A stretch of 64,000 nucleotides of DNA from Oceaniferula sp. GTDB lineage: Bacteria > Verrucomicrobiota > Verrucomicrobiia > Verrucomicrobiales > Akkermansiaceae. How positions within the stretch are numbered: the first letter of the stretch is position 1; every line of letters begins with the position of its first letter. Location of the stretch: the NCBI GenBank assembly GCA_965657565.1, contig CBFHPA010000005.1, positions 7,456 through 71,455 on the forward strand, given 5' to 3'. Under the pieces are notes generated by a model. That model worked only from the letters and a program-made list of their open reading frames with translations. It had not been told where the DNA came from and made no database searches. The translations under genes were made by a program, and so were the position numbers. Of the stretch, positions 19,438-29,559 are shown piece by piece.

Positions 19438-20748
19438 ATGTCCAGTATTAGCGTTCACTCAATCAATCATTTGGAAGCTGAATTTGAAGTTCCAGGCGAC
19501 AAGAGTATTTCGCATCGCGCTGCTATATTTGGCGGTTTGTCCGATGGGGGTTGTCGCATAGATAATTTTTTGCCTAGTGAAGACTGTATATGCACCTTGA
19601 AGGCGATGGCTCAGCTGGGTGCCACACATGATGTCATCGAAGAAAAGCTCGGCTATGGGCCGACAGCTCTAATAATACACGGGCGAAGTATGGAGCTATG
19701 TGCTCCTGAAGGTCATGTTGATTGTGGTAATTCGGGGACAGGTATGAGGCTGCTGGCTGGTTTGTTGGCGGCGCAGCCATTTGAATCTACTCTAACGGGT
19801 GATGCTTCATTGCAATCACGACCTATGGGAAGAATTATAAAACCCCTCGAACAGATGGGTGCCTCGATCGAGGCGCGTGGTGATGATCCCGGTTGCGCGC
19901 CATTGTTTATTACTGGTGGCGAGCTAAAGCCGACTTGTTACGAGATGCCAGTAGCAAGTGCGCAGGTAAAGAGTGCTGTGCTGCTGGCAGGTTTATTTGC
20001 TGACGGGACTACTTCAGTCATTCAGCCAGCAGAAACGCGAGATCATACTGAGCGCATGCTAGAATATTTTAAGATGCCATCGCGCCGAGACGGGCAAACT
20101 ATTTCTGTCACTGGAGGTAAGACTCCGGCAGCAGCTCGTTTGCGTGTGCCCGGAGATATTTCATCAGCAGCCTTCTGGATCGTTGCTGCTGCATCAATGC
20201 CTGGGGCTCGTTTACTTATTAAAAATGTTGGTTTGAATCCTACTCGTACCGCTATTTTAGATGTGCTCATTCGCATGGGTGCCGACATTAACATAGTAAG
20301 GCATCCTGATGAATGTGGCGAACCTTATGGTGACATTGAAGTCCATGGTAAGTCACTGCAGGGTGCCGAGGTAAAACCCGAAGAAGTGCCAAACTTAATT
20401 GATGAGATTCCCGTCTTGGCAGTAGCAGGAGCATTATCGCAAGGGAAGATGGTGATCAGAAATGCAAAGGAGCTGAGGGTGAAAGAGAGTGATCGCATTG
20501 CTACGGTGGTGCAAAATTTGAAGTTGATGGGTGCAGATATCGAGGAATACGAAGACGGAATGGAGATATCAGGAGGTAAGTCGCTACAGGGGGCCGAGCT
20601 CGAGAGTTTTGGAGATCATCGCATTGCGATGGCCTTTGCTATTGCGGGGTTGTTTGCCTCTGGCGATACCGTGATTAACAACACTGCCTGCATTGACACA
20701 TCCTATCCTGGCTTCGCTGATCATTTAGAAACGATCCTTGCTGGCTAA
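19438..20748 (+). CDS. aroA: 3-phosphoshikimate 1-carboxyvinyltransferase (EPSP synthase)
   Basis: 436 aa. PGDKSISHRA, LDCGNSGTGMRLLAG-type DCGNSGTGMRLLAG, RVKESDRI, and GDHRIAMAF. Confidence 0.95.
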   Translation: MSSISVHSINHLEAEFEVPGDKSISHRAAIFGGLSDGGCRIDNFLPSEDCICTLKAMAQLGATHDVIEEKLGYGPTALIIHGRSMELCAPEGHVDCGNSGTGMRLLAGLLAAQPFESTLTGDASLQSRPMGRIIKPLEQMGASIEARGDDPGCAPLFITGGELKPTCYEMPVASAQVKSAVLLAGLFADGTTSVIQPAETRDHTERMLEYFKMPSRRDGQTISVTGGKTPAAARLRVPGDISSAAFWIVAAASMPGARLLIKNVGLNPTRTAILDVLIRMGADINIVRHPDECGEPYGDIEVHGKSLQGAEVKPEEVPNLIDEIPVLAVAGALSQGKMVIRNAKELRVKESDRIATVVQNLKLMGADIEEYEDGMEISGGKSLQGAELESFGDHRIAMAFAIAGLFASGDTVINNTACIDTSYPGFADHLETILAG

Positions 20749-20777
20749 TTTATAACTTTTAATTCATTTTACTACCC

Positions 20778-21443
20778 ATGCCTGAGGAAACAAAAACGAA
20801 TTTTTTTGCCATTGCGATCGATGGGCCTGCCGCATCAGGTAAGAGCACTGTTGCTCGACGGTTGGCAGAGCGCCTCGGCCTTATTATGATCAATACAGGT
20901 GCGATGTATCGTGCTATTGCATGGGCTAGTTTAAAAAAGAATGTCGACGTTTCCGATCCTGAGGCTGTGGCTGCGATGCTTCGAGGTATTTTGGTTACTT
21001 GTGGCGTTGCTAATGGTCAGTCTAACATACTTATTGATGGTGTTGATCCGGGTAGGGCATTAAGGGAGGATAGAGTGAATGAGCGAGTATCTAAGGTTGC
21101 AGCGGTTCCGGAGGTGCGTGAGTTGCTGGTTGAAAAACAGCGCGCGTTTCTCAAATTAGATAGTTTGGTAATGGAGGGTCGTGACATTGGCTCGGTAGTT
21201 TTCCCAGATACACCCTATAAGCTCTATATTGATGCGTCAGAGGAGGTGCGCCTAGCGCGGCGCTCGGCGGAGGGTTTGGTGGATGTGGTCAGCAAGAGAG
21301 ATGAGGAAGATAGTAAACGTGAAAATTCACCTCTTATTGTTGCTGATGGTGCAGTAGTTATTGATAGCTCAGAGATGAGCATTGATGAAGTGGTAGAAGC
21401 CGCTCTCGTAGAGCTCCAGAAAAAGGGGCTGGTTCTTAAATGA
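20778..21443 (+). CDS. cmk: Cytidylate kinase
   Basis: 221 aa. IAIDGPAASGKSTVAR and INTGAMYRA. Confidence 0.9.
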   Translation: MPEETKTNFFAIAIDGPAASGKSTVARRLAERLGLIMINTGAMYRAIAWASLKKNVDVSDPEAVAAMLRGILVTCGVANGQSNILIDGVDPGRALREDRVNERVSKVAAVPEVRELLVEKQRAFLKLDSLVMEGRDIGSVVFPDTPYKLYIDASEEVRLARRSAEGLVDVVSKRDEEDSKRENSPLIVADGAVVIDSSEMSIDEVVEAALVELQKKGLVLK

Positions 21444-21450
21444 TATTTTA

Positions 21451-22065
21451 ATGATGAAAACGATTTATTGGTTTTGTTGCAACTTGTGGAAGCTTTGCTT
21501 TGTCTGCTTTTTTTCTTACCGAGTTGTTGGGAAAGAAAAATTAGTGACAGATGGTCCTGTATTAATCGCATCGAATCATGAGAGTTACCTTGATCCTCCA
21601 CTTGTGGGGGTCGCCTATGACAAGGCGGTCTATTACCTAGCACGTAAAACCTTATTTACTGGTTTCGGCGCTTGGTTGTATCCACGATTAAATTCAATCC
21701 CTGTAGATCAAGATCGTCCTGATATGACGAGCTTAAAAACGATTATTAAACTACTGCGCGCTGATAATCAGGTCGTTGTTTTCCCTGAGGGTTCCCGCAC
21801 GTTGGACGGTGAGTTGCAGCCTGCCGAGGCAGGTACAGGGTTGATTGTAGCTAAGAGTAAAGCGGTGGTCCAGCCGGTTCGAATTTTTGGGGCACGAGAT
21901 GCGCTCCCACGTGGATCAAGCAAGATACATTTTCGTCCTATCACCTTGGTAGTCGGAGATCCGATTACTTTTACGCCAGAGGAGCTGAAGGCGAAAGGTA
22001 GGGATGATTATCAGAAAATTTCTGATAAAATCATGAAAGCTATTTCAGAGATAGAGCTCAGCTAG
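21451..22065 (+). CDS. plsC: 1-acyl-sn-glycerol-3-phosphate acyltransferase
   Basis: 204 aa. HX4D motif NHESYLDPP and FPEGSRT. Confidence 0.8.
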   Translation: MMKTIYWFCCNLWKLCFVCFFSYRVVGKEKLVTDGPVLIASNHESYLDPPLVGVAYDKAVYYLARKTLFTGFGAWLYPRLNSIPVDQDRPDMTSLKTIIKLLRADNQVVVFPEGSRTLDGELQPAEAGTGLIVAKSKAVVQPVRIFGARDALPRGSSKIHFRPITLVVGDPITFTPEELKAKGRDDYQKISDKIMKAISEIELS

Positions 22066-22081
22066 GCTGAGGTTATTCCCA

Positions 22082-23179
22082 TCAGTAGTCCTCAACTGGA
22101 GAGCGTTTCTGCCCAGTGTAATCTATTGCTTCGCGTGCTTGTTCTTCGCCCATGACATCGATTCTCAGTTGCATGATGTCATTGTCGATCTGATCCCATA
22201 GTTCAGTGCTGAAAGCTAGAGGTTTGTAAGCGTTTTTCTTCAGCTTTTCGATCCTTCGCAACGAATCATCAATACGGTGATGTGGTATTTCTTTGAGGTG
22301 GTTGAGAGCTTCTTTGGCTGTTTCGATTTGGTGGCAAATCATTACCATGTCATTACCAGCTAATATGGCGTTTGTGACATCGGGTCCTCTTCCATAGTGG
22401 TTAACGATAGCCCCCATATCGAGGTCGTCTGTCATGATGACGCCTTCGTAACCAAGCTGGTCCCGTAATAATCGCGTAAGGAGGTTGTGCGACATAGAGC
22501 CTGGTAGTCCCGGTGTCTCTGGGTCAATGGCGGAAAAGTGAGTGTGACAGCTCATGATGGCATCCAATTCAGGCATCAGGCTGGTGTAGGGGAGTAGGTC
22601 GCTCATCAGCATTTCAGCTGCAGATTTATCTACTTTGGGAAGGGTGTGGTGAGGGTCGTCGGTGGCGAGTCCACATGATGGGAAGTGTTTGCCGCAGGAT
22701 AATATTCTGCAGTGACGTAGATTGCTATTGAAGATTCCGGCGTTGGTGATGACCTCTTGTGCGTCTTTACCATAGCACCTGCCTTTGAGTGCATTGTCAG
22801 CATCGTCATTATACGAGATATCCAGAACGGGGCAGAGATCCATGTTGCATCCCATGAGCCTTAAAACAAAAGCGGTGAGCTTGCCGTGCTGAGCGATCAA
22901 TCCAGGGTCAGCCTTGTTTCGTAGACTCTCCGCAGATGGCGGCTCATTGCCGATGAGGCGGGTGCGCGATACGCGGCCACCTTCTTGGTCAATAGAGATG
23001 ATTGGCGTGTGCTCGCTGAGCTCGCGTAAATCATCCGTGAGCTTGCGAACCTGCTCAGGAGATTCGATGTTACGACCAAAGAGAACATAGCCCCCGGGTT
23101 GTATTGTTTTGTAGAGCTCGACCTCTTCGCTGGTAAGCGTAGTGCCTTTTATGCCGAGAATCAGAAGTTGGCCGTGCAT
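22082..23179 (-). CDS. nagZ: Beta-N-acetylhexosaminidase (GH3, NagZ-like)
   Basis: 365 aa. SIDQEGGRVSR, KHFPSCG (a variant of KHFPGHG), and VIMTDDLDMGA. Confidence 0.8.
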   Translation of the reverse strand: MHGQLLILGIKGTTLTSEEVELYKTIQPGGYVLFGRNIESPEQVRKLTDDLRELSEHTPIISIDQEGGRVSRTRLIGNEPPSAESLRNKADPGLIAQHGKLTAFVLRLMGCNMDLCPVLDISYNDDADNALKGRCYGKDAQEVITNAGIFNSNLRHCRILSCGKHFPSCGLATDDPHHTLPKVDKSAAEMLMSDLLPYTSLMPELDAIMSCHTHFSAIDPETPGLPGSMSHNLLTRLLRDQLGYEGVIMTDDLDMGAIVNHYGRGPDVTNAILAGNDMVMICHQIETAKEALNHLKEIPHHRIDDSLRRIEKLKKNAYKPLAFSTELWDQIDNDIMQLRIDVMGEEQAREAIDYTGQKRSPVEDY

Positions 23180-23229
23180 GTTGTGGGTGTTTACTCAGCA
23201 CTCAGCAGAGCAGAGATGTATGGAGGCAA

Positions 23230-24150
23230 TTATAATTCGCTTGAATGATAAGCGGCTAGTTTTGCTAGGATGGATTTCTGGGCATGCAGGCGATTTTCAG
23301 CCTGCTGAAATATCACATCGGCGTAAGCTTCGAGCACCTCCTCGGTGATCTCTTTGCCTCGATAAGCGGGAAGGCAGTGGAGTACGATGTGAGATGGGTT
23401 TGCATGCTTAAGTAGTTCAGAATTTACTTGGTAGTTATCAAATTGAGCCTCTTTTTCGGCTTGGCCTTCCTGACCCATAGATAGCCAGACATCGGTGTTG
23501 ATCACGTCGGCGCCATCGACGGCTTCAATTGGATCGGTATGTAAGGTAATGTTCGATGACTCCAGGCGGTTTAGGTAACTCTCTGTCGGCAAGCAGTCGG
23601 CTGGAGCTGCTATAGCTAGGTGAAAGTTGAGCTGTTTGGCAGCCCACATCCAAGACCTCGACATGTTGTTGAAGCCGTCACCAACAAAAGCAATTTTCTT
23701 ATTTTCCCATGTGCCAAGACGCTCGCGAATGGTCAGTAGGTCGGCAAGTATCTGGCAAGGGTGGGCGTCATCGGTGAGGGCGTTGATGGTTGGGATGCCC
23801 GAATATTTCGCAAAATCGAGGACGTCTTTTTGGGCATAGGTGCGTATGATGGCACCATGAACCATTCGACCCATGACGCGAGCTGTGTCCTTAATCGGCT
23901 CACCTCGTCCAAGTTGGATGTCATTAGATGATAGAAACATGACGGAGCCTCCTAGCTCGCGGACGCCTACTTCGAAAGAGACGCGCGTGCGGGTTGAGGC
24001 TTTGGTGAAAATCATAGCCCAAGTTTGGTCCTGTAGAGGCTTGTGGTCATGGGTTCCTTTCTCCCGCTCGTTTTTGAGGGTTGCGGCGTGATCAATAAGT
24101 TTCCAGATGAGATCCTTAGAGAGTTCTTCTATTGAGAGTAAATGTGTCAT
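23230..24150 (-). CDS. argF: Ornithine carbamoyltransferase
   Basis: 306 aa. STRTRVSFE, HPCQILADL, DVWLSMG, and HCLPAYRG. Confidence 0.9.
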   Translation of the reverse strand: MTHLLSIEELSKDLIWKLIDHAATLKNEREKGTHDHKPLQDQTWAMIFTKASTRTRVSFEVGVRELGGSVMFLSSNDIQLGRGEPIKDTARVMGRMVHGAIIRTYAQKDVLDFAKYSGIPTINALTDDAHPCQILADLLTIRERLGTWENKKIAFVGDGFNNMSRSWMWAAKQLNFHLAIAAPADCLPTESYLNRLESSNITLHTDPIEAVDGADVINTDVWLSMGQEGQAEKEAQFDNYQVNSELLKHANPSHIVLHCLPAYRGKEITEEVLEAYADVIFQQAENRLHAQKSILAKLAAYHSSEL

Positions 24151-24187
24151 GTAAATAATAAGAGAGGAGGATAATAAATGCTGTGAT

Positions 24188-25417
24188 CTACAAACTGTCG
24201 ATCGTGTTTTTAAGTATGCTTAGTGCCTGATCAATTTCTTCGTCAGACACATTAAGCGGCGGTAGCCAGCGCAAGGTGTCAGTTCCTGCCGGAACGGTAA
24301 GTAGCCCATTTGCCATGAGTAATTTGCAGAGCTGCAGGGCAGGGGGGGTATTTTCATCACGTGGAATGGAGTTGCCATTCAGAGCAAAGCCAAGCAGCAG
24401 GCCCTTGCCCCGTATACCGGTAATACTGGGGTGTTGCCATGATTGAACCTCTTTGCGAATGCGTTGCTCTTGCCGAGCTGCATTTGCGGGGAGGTTTGAT
24501 CCAGATATCTCATGAAGTACCGCAAGGGAAGCGGCGCAGGCGAGGGGGTTGCCACCATAAGTTGATCCATGTGATCCTGCACCCATCAATGAAGAGAGAG
24601 GGGTTCCTTTGTTATCAATAGCTCGGTCACTTGTCCAAAAAGAGCCAATCGGGAAACCCCCTCCAAGGCTCTTGGCCCATGAAATGGTGTCTGGCTTTAA
24701 TTGAGGAGAAAAAGCCTGCCAGCCGTTCAAGGTGCCAGTTCTCCCCAGACCGCATTGAACTTCGTCGAGCATGAGCAACAAGTCGTTTTGCTTGCAGAGA
24801 TCATTGACGCAGTTGAGAAATTCAGGTGTTACCTCATTAATGCCTCCTTCACCTTGGATTGGCTCAAGCATGATGCCCGCGGTGATGTCACTCACTGCCG
24901 CAGTGAGTGCATTGATGTCATTGAGCGCTACGTAACGAAAGCCCGGCAGCATTGGGTCAAAACCTTGTTGGATTTTGCTTTGTGCTGTAGCCGCCATGGA
25001 GCCCAAAGTTCTTCCGTGAAAGGAGTTGTTGAATGTGATGACCTCATAGCGTGGCTGGCCATTTTGATTTGGTCGGGCGTGGCCGAATCGTCTCGCTGTT
25101 TTGATCATTCCGTCATTTGCCTCAGCTCCTGAATTAGAGAAAAAAACCTTCCCGGGAATCTTGACGAAGTCCTCAACAATGGTGGTTGCTAGTTCTTGTT
25201 GTAGGGGAATTTGGTAAAGATTCGAGCAGTGCATCAGAATCGCAGATTGCTTTGAGATCGCATCAGTTAATGCGGGGTGGCAATGGCCAATACTGCAAGT
25301 GGCGATGCCCGAACAAAAATCCAAGTAACGGTTGCCTTCATTATCCCAAAGCCATGCACCTTCACCTTTTACAATCGTAATAGGAAAATTGGCGTAGGTG
25401 GCAAGGACATGTGACAT
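24188..25417 (-). CDS. argD: Acetylornithine aminotransferase (class III PLP)
   Basis: 409 aa. SGAEANDGMIK, DEVQCGLGRTG, and PLP-lysine context ISWAKSLGGGFP. Confidence 0.85.
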   Translation of the reverse strand: MSHVLATYANFPITIVKGEGAWLWDNEGNRYLDFCSGIATCSIGHCHPALTDAISKQSAILMHCSNLYQIPLQQELATTIVEDFVKIPGKVFFSNSGAEANDGMIKTARRFGHARPNQNGQPRYEVITFNNSFHGRTLGSMAATAQSKIQQGFDPMLPGFRYVALNDINALTAAVSDITAGIMLEPIQGEGGINEVTPEFLNCVNDLCKQNDLLLMLDEVQCGLGRTGTLNGWQAFSPQLKPDTISWAKSLGGGFPIGSFWTSDRAIDNKGTPLSSLMGAGSHGSTYGGNPLACAASLAVLHEISGSNLPANAARQEQRIRKEVQSWQHPSITGIRGKGLLLGFALNGNSIPRDENTPPALQLCKLLMANGLLTVPAGTDTLRWLPPLNVSDEEIDQALSILKNTIDSL

Positions 25418-25527
25418 GATGGTATTACTAGGTTTAAAATTATAAAATCCAAGTGCGAATCAAGGCAGTTGATCATATTCTTTGATTTGAGGTTTGGCAT
25501 TTGATGTATTGCGCATAGGCTGTGCAT

Positions 25528-25921
25528 GCCGCTCCCCGGACGATCGCAGTTGCTCTAATAGAGTAATTGAGGAAAGTCCGGACGCTATAGGGCAGCGCGC
25601 CTTGTGAATAACAGGGGACGGTCGGTTCAAACCGCTCGGACGGAAAGTGCAGCAGAAAGTAAACCGCCAGTGTTCTTAGGAGCTCAGGTAAGGGTGAAAA
25701 GGTGGGGTAAGAGCCCACCGCTCCGATGGTAACTGAGGAGGCATTGCAAACCCCGCGTAGCGCAAGACATAACAGGGGAAGAGTTGCCCGCTCGTTAAAA
25801 ATCCCCGGGTATTAGTCGCACCATCCCTTCGGGGAGGTTCCTCACATTGTGAGGTAAGATAAATGATCGTACATTACTGCTCCGGTAGTAAGGACAGAAT
25901 CCGGCTTACAGGGGAGCGGCA
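25528..25921 (+). ncRNA. rnpB: RNase P RNA, bacterial type A
   Basis: Universal GAGGAAAGTCCGGAC, CAGGTAAGGGTGAAAAGGTGGGGTAAGAGCCCACCGC, and 3-prime ACAGAATCCGGCTTA. The P1 helix closes with gccgctcccc (25528-25537) pairing to ggggagcggc (25911-25920). Confidence 0.9.
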
Positions 25922-26191
25922 CTTTATCATTTCATTTTACTGTGCCCGTTTTTTCTAGATTTACCGGTCAGGCATAATTTAAACAGTCGTTTGAAAGCGG
26001 GCTAATATGATATTGTCAGAGTGTTGATTTTAGGTTAGAATGAACGCGACGAGGGGCGCTTTAGCGTCCCTTCGCAGTTTAGCAGCCAATAGTAGCCAAT
26101 AACAGGCTGACATATGATATTGAAGTTTATCTAGTTCATATTCCTATCTTAATGCTGCGTCCTCTTTCTATTTATATCCAAACTATTTTTT

Positions 26192-27835
26192 ATGGGTTTT
26201 ATTGATGCTATCAAGCGGTGGCGCCTCGCAAACAAGGGCATGTCATCCGGCAAAAAGCGCCGCACCTCGACGACCAGCGAGAATGCTGTTGTTGGTTCGA
26301 TGCAGCGCAGTGTGTGGATGAAATTGCTCATCTATCCTACGTTTACAGTTCTCGTGTGCCTTATTGTTGCCTTCTACAGGTCCGAGCACACGCTATTTCA
26401 TGATAGCGGTTTACGCAGGGGGATGCTCTGTATCATCGTTTCTGCGGGTTTAATTCTTATTTACCACACACGGCATGCGCTTAATTATGCCAATGAAAAA
26501 TTATTACTCGTGTTTGGTGGTATTGCTTTCCATTTATTATTGGTGAGAATAGCTGTGCATATCATTGATGTGAATGCTTGGTCGCCTGATTACAGGATTT
26601 TGCTGCCTCCTTTGGCTTTTGCTCCAATGATCGCATCAGTTCTTTGTGGTCGACATGCAGGTATTTTTTCTGCTCTCAGTGTGAGTTTGTTCGGTGCGTT
26701 GCTTGTGCCTGAAGCTGATATTTTTTGTTTCCTTGTAACCAGCCTGATTTCTGGAGTCATGGCAGTTGTGCTGACACGGTCTGTGCGCAGACGGGGGAGT
26801 GTCTTGAGAGCTGGATTTTATGTAGGCCTAACTACTTTCGTCTTGGCTCTGGCATTTAATAAAATTGATTTTTCTGACCTCATGCTCGGCGAGAATTGGT
26901 CTGTCATGGCTGGTAAGACCCTGTTGCCTGTGTCGATTGGTCTATTAACTGGGATGTTAGTCAGTGGCTTGCTTCCCGCTCTAGAAAGTTTGTTTTTTAT
27001 CACAACGAATATCAGCTGGCTTGAGCTGAGTGACCTTAATCACAAGTTATTGAGGAAGCTGCAACTTGAGGCACCTGGCACCTATCATCACAGCATGGTG
27101 GTGGCGACATTAGCGGAGTCAGCTGCTGAGGATGTTGGTGCAAACGCTGCAATGTGTCGTGTTTGTTCTTATTTTCATGATATTGGTAAGCTTAGTAAGC
27201 CCGAGTATTTCATTGAAAACCAGGGAGATCGAAACCCTCACGATACGTTGACGCCAACCATGAGTGCGATTGTTATCATTGCACACGTAAAAGATGGTGT
27301 TGATAAGGCGATCAAACATAAGCTCAACCCAAAGATTATCGATGTCATTCGAGAGCATCATGGAGATTCGTTAGTGCAGTATTTTTATCATAAGGCAATA
27401 GAGCAGCGTGATAATATGGCTGATAAAGTCAAAGAGGGCCTAGAGAATAAGGAAGATATACCAGAAGTGGATCGTAAGAACTTTCGTTACCCAGGCCCAT
27501 GCCCTAGTAGCCGAGAAAGTGCGATTATCAGTCTTGCTGATGCGGTGGAGAGTGCTTCTAGAAGCCTCAAGAAGCCAACGCCTGAGAAGATACGCAATTT
27601 GGTAAACGAGATTGTTATGGCTCGTGTGGTGGACGGGCAACTTGATGCCTGTGACCTCTCGATGAGTGACATCAAAAAAATCTGCAAAAGCTTTGCGTCG
27701 ACGATTCGTAGCATGATGCACTCACGAATTAATTATCCAAAAGAGGAGGGGGCTTCGAAAAAGGTTAAGAAGTCAGAGGCTCATCCTGAGAGGAAGATCG
27801 AGAAGAGCTCTAGTGCAGAGAAAACCAAGGCTTGA
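26192..27835 (+). CDS. 7TM-HD membrane phosphohydrolase (PgpH/YqfF-like HDIG protein)
   Basis: 547 aa. Multiple TM helices, then an HD domain (HHSMVVATLAE...YFHDIGK...REHHG). In the usual position directly upstream of ybeY. Confidence 0.8.
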   Translation: MGFIDAIKRWRLANKGMSSGKKRRTSTTSENAVVGSMQRSVWMKLLIYPTFTVLVCLIVAFYRSEHTLFHDSGLRRGMLCIIVSAGLILIYHTRHALNYANEKLLLVFGGIAFHLLLVRIAVHIIDVNAWSPDYRILLPPLAFAPMIASVLCGRHAGIFSALSVSLFGALLVPEADIFCFLVTSLISGVMAVVLTRSVRRRGSVLRAGFYVGLTTFVLALAFNKIDFSDLMLGENWSVMAGKTLLPVSIGLLTGMLVSGLLPALESLFFITTNISWLELSDLNHKLLRKLQLEAPGTYHHSMVVATLAESAAEDVGANAAMCRVCSYFHDIGKLSKPEYFIENQGDRNPHDTLTPTMSAIVIIAHVKDGVDKAIKHKLNPKIIDVIREHHGDSLVQYFYHKAIEQRDNMADKVKEGLENKEDIPEVDRKNFRYPGPCPSSRESAIISLADAVESASRSLKKPTPEKIRNLVNEIVMARVVDGQLDACDLSMSDIKKICKSFASTIRSMMHSRINYPKEEGASKKVKKSEAHPERKIEKSSSAEKTKA

Positions 27836-27857
27836 TCACATTTGATCATGATTCCCC

Positions 27858-28289
27858 ATGTTGGAGCTGAACGTCTACGACCATCAAAAAGTGATCCGCT
27901 TGTCAGCGGGTCTTTGTGACCGGTTAGAGCTAGCTGGTCGTAATGCGGTCACACAAGTCCTCAAGGTTGCAAAACCTGACTCTAATCTAGCTCGAGTTAA
28001 CGAGGTAGAAGTTAATTTTGTCGATGATGAGACAATCGCAGGTATCCACCTTGAATTCATGCATATTCCTGGGCCGACAGATGTCATTACGTTTGCTCAT
28101 GGTGAGCTCCACATCAGCGTGGAGACGGCTCGAACTCAAGCGCGTGATTACGCCAATGATTTTGAACGTGAACTCATGCTCTACATTGTGCATGGCTTAC
28201 TGCACCTCGCAGGCTATGAAGATGCTACTGAGCGCGAGAGTGATGTAATGGATGACTTGCAAAGCTCTATTCTTGCAGAGGTTTGGTAG
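27858..28289 (+). CDS. ybeY: rRNA maturation endoribonuclease YbeY
   Basis: 143 aa. Zinc motif HGLLHLAGYEDATE. Confidence 0.9.
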   Translation: MLELNVYDHQKVIRLSAGLCDRLELAGRNAVTQVLKVAKPDSNLARVNEVEVNFVDDETIAGIHLEFMHIPGPTDVITFAHGELHISVETARTQARDYANDFERELMLYIVHGLLHLAGYEDATERESDVMDDLQSSILAEVW

Positions 28290-28851
28290 CAGAGATGCTA
28301 CTTTCACTCACCAAATAATCCATTGTAGCATCGTGAGAGGTATGTGGAACTGTTGGCGTGATTTGTTGGTCTAGGGCGATGCCTAATTTGATTCCGGAGA
28401 ACTCATCAAGAGCGCGGTCGTAATAGCCATGGCCACGCCCAAGACGCGACCCGTCAGTGCCAAAGGCTAGTCCTGGGCATAAGATCATATCAATGCGTTC
28501 TATTTCAAACTCAGGATGGAGGTCGGGCTGGGGTTCGGGGATTTGCATAGAGCTTATGGCTAGTTGATTTTCGTAGGTAACATGATGAAAGCTCAGTTGA
28601 TGCCCCGGGTGACAGAGTGGGTAGAGAAGCTTCTTGCCTGGTAAAAGTTGATGTAGCGCTGAGAGTGATACTTCATTCTGAATCGAGGCGTATATGGCCA
28701 GAGTGCGCACATTACTGAGCAGTCTATTGGCATCGGCAATATGGCGAGTAATGCTGGCGGAGCTTGATTCAATGTGCTTTTTGGAAACCGTGGCTAAATG
28801 GGATCTCATTTTTGATCTCAGCTCTGCCTTGTCTCTTGCTGCCTCGCTCAT
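28267..28851 (-). CDS. 5-formyltetrahydrofolate cyclo-ligase
   Basis: Start placed at MSEAARDKAELRSKMR. Signature GRGHGYYDR near the C-terminus. The longer ORF would overlap the divergent lipoprotein gene. Confidence 0.75.
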   Translation of the reverse strand: MSEAARDKAELRSKMRSHLATVSKKHIESSSASITRHIADANRLLSNVRTLAIYASIQNEVSLSALHQLLPGKKLLYPLCHPGHQLSFHHVTYENQLAISSMQIPEPQPDLHPEFEIERIDMILCPGLAFGTDGSRLGRGHGYYDRALDEFSGIKLGIALDQQITPTVPHTSHDATMDYLVSESSISATKPLQE

Positions 28852-28963
28852 GTTGATATGGAAGCCAATAATCTTGTGTCTGACACGTTTAAATTGAACC
28901 AATCTGACGCACTCTATATCTCGACTTGATGAGAGGGAGGTTTGATGGCATTCTTCTGTTGCC

Positions 28964-29545
28964 ATGTTTTGGTCGCGATACTTGCTAATCTGCATGCTTT
29001 TCCTGCTGTCTCTGGGAGCCTGTGCAAAAAAACGAACTGTCACTAGATCGCAGGTCAGAGCTGATCCGTGGGGTAATCCAGAACGTTTTAGCGTGGGTAA
29101 AGATGAGGCTGGGAACCCCCAAATGAAGTCTGATCTTCGTAGTGCGTTTGAGGGTAAAACAAGTAATATGATTACGAGTGAAGACTTTAGCGGTAAAGAT
29201 TATACAACTCGTTCGTATGCAAAAAAAAGATGGCAAGGTAATACTAAATTTGAGAGGCAACAGTATCAGGGCAACACTGATGCCAACCAATACAAGATGG
29301 AGCCATGGTTTGTTCGTAAACAGGCATCAGCTGAGGGTAAAAGCGCAAAGTTTAATGACCAGGCGTTTGTAACACAAGGTTACGACAAGAAATCGGCGAA
29401 TGAGCAAAATGCAAATCGTATTCAGCGCCCTAGTGATGCCGAAACTGATGTCCGTAGACGTGTTTTCCCTCAGCCCGATATCACTGACTGGAAAGAACAA
29501 GAGGGGCTTGGGGTCAAGGATACCAATCGGCTGCTAGGCCGTTGA
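28964..29545 (+). CDS. Hypothetical lipoprotein
   Basis: 193 aa. Lipobox LLSLGAC and a polar Q/K/N-rich body. Confidence 0.5.
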   Translation: MFWSRYLLICMLFLLSLGACAKKRTVTRSQVRADPWGNPERFSVGKDEAGNPQMKSDLRSAFEGKTSNMITSEDFSGKDYTTRSYAKKRWQGNTKFERQQYQGNTDANQYKMEPWFVRKQASAEGKSAKFNDQAFVTQGYDKKSANEQNANRIQRPSDAETDVRRRVFPQPDITDWKEQEGLGVKDTNRLLGR

Positions 29546-29559
29546 GGGAAGGTGTTTCT

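Noticed and set aside
25473-25718. 81-aa minus-strand ORF
   Set aside because: It lies inside the RNase P RNA gene, whose conserved motifs and closing helix explain this region.
28267-28289. 23-bp convergent overlap of the ybeY and 5-formyl-THF cyclo-ligase 3-prime ends
   Set aside because: Short convergent overlaps are common in compact genomes. Nothing further supports a regulatory role.
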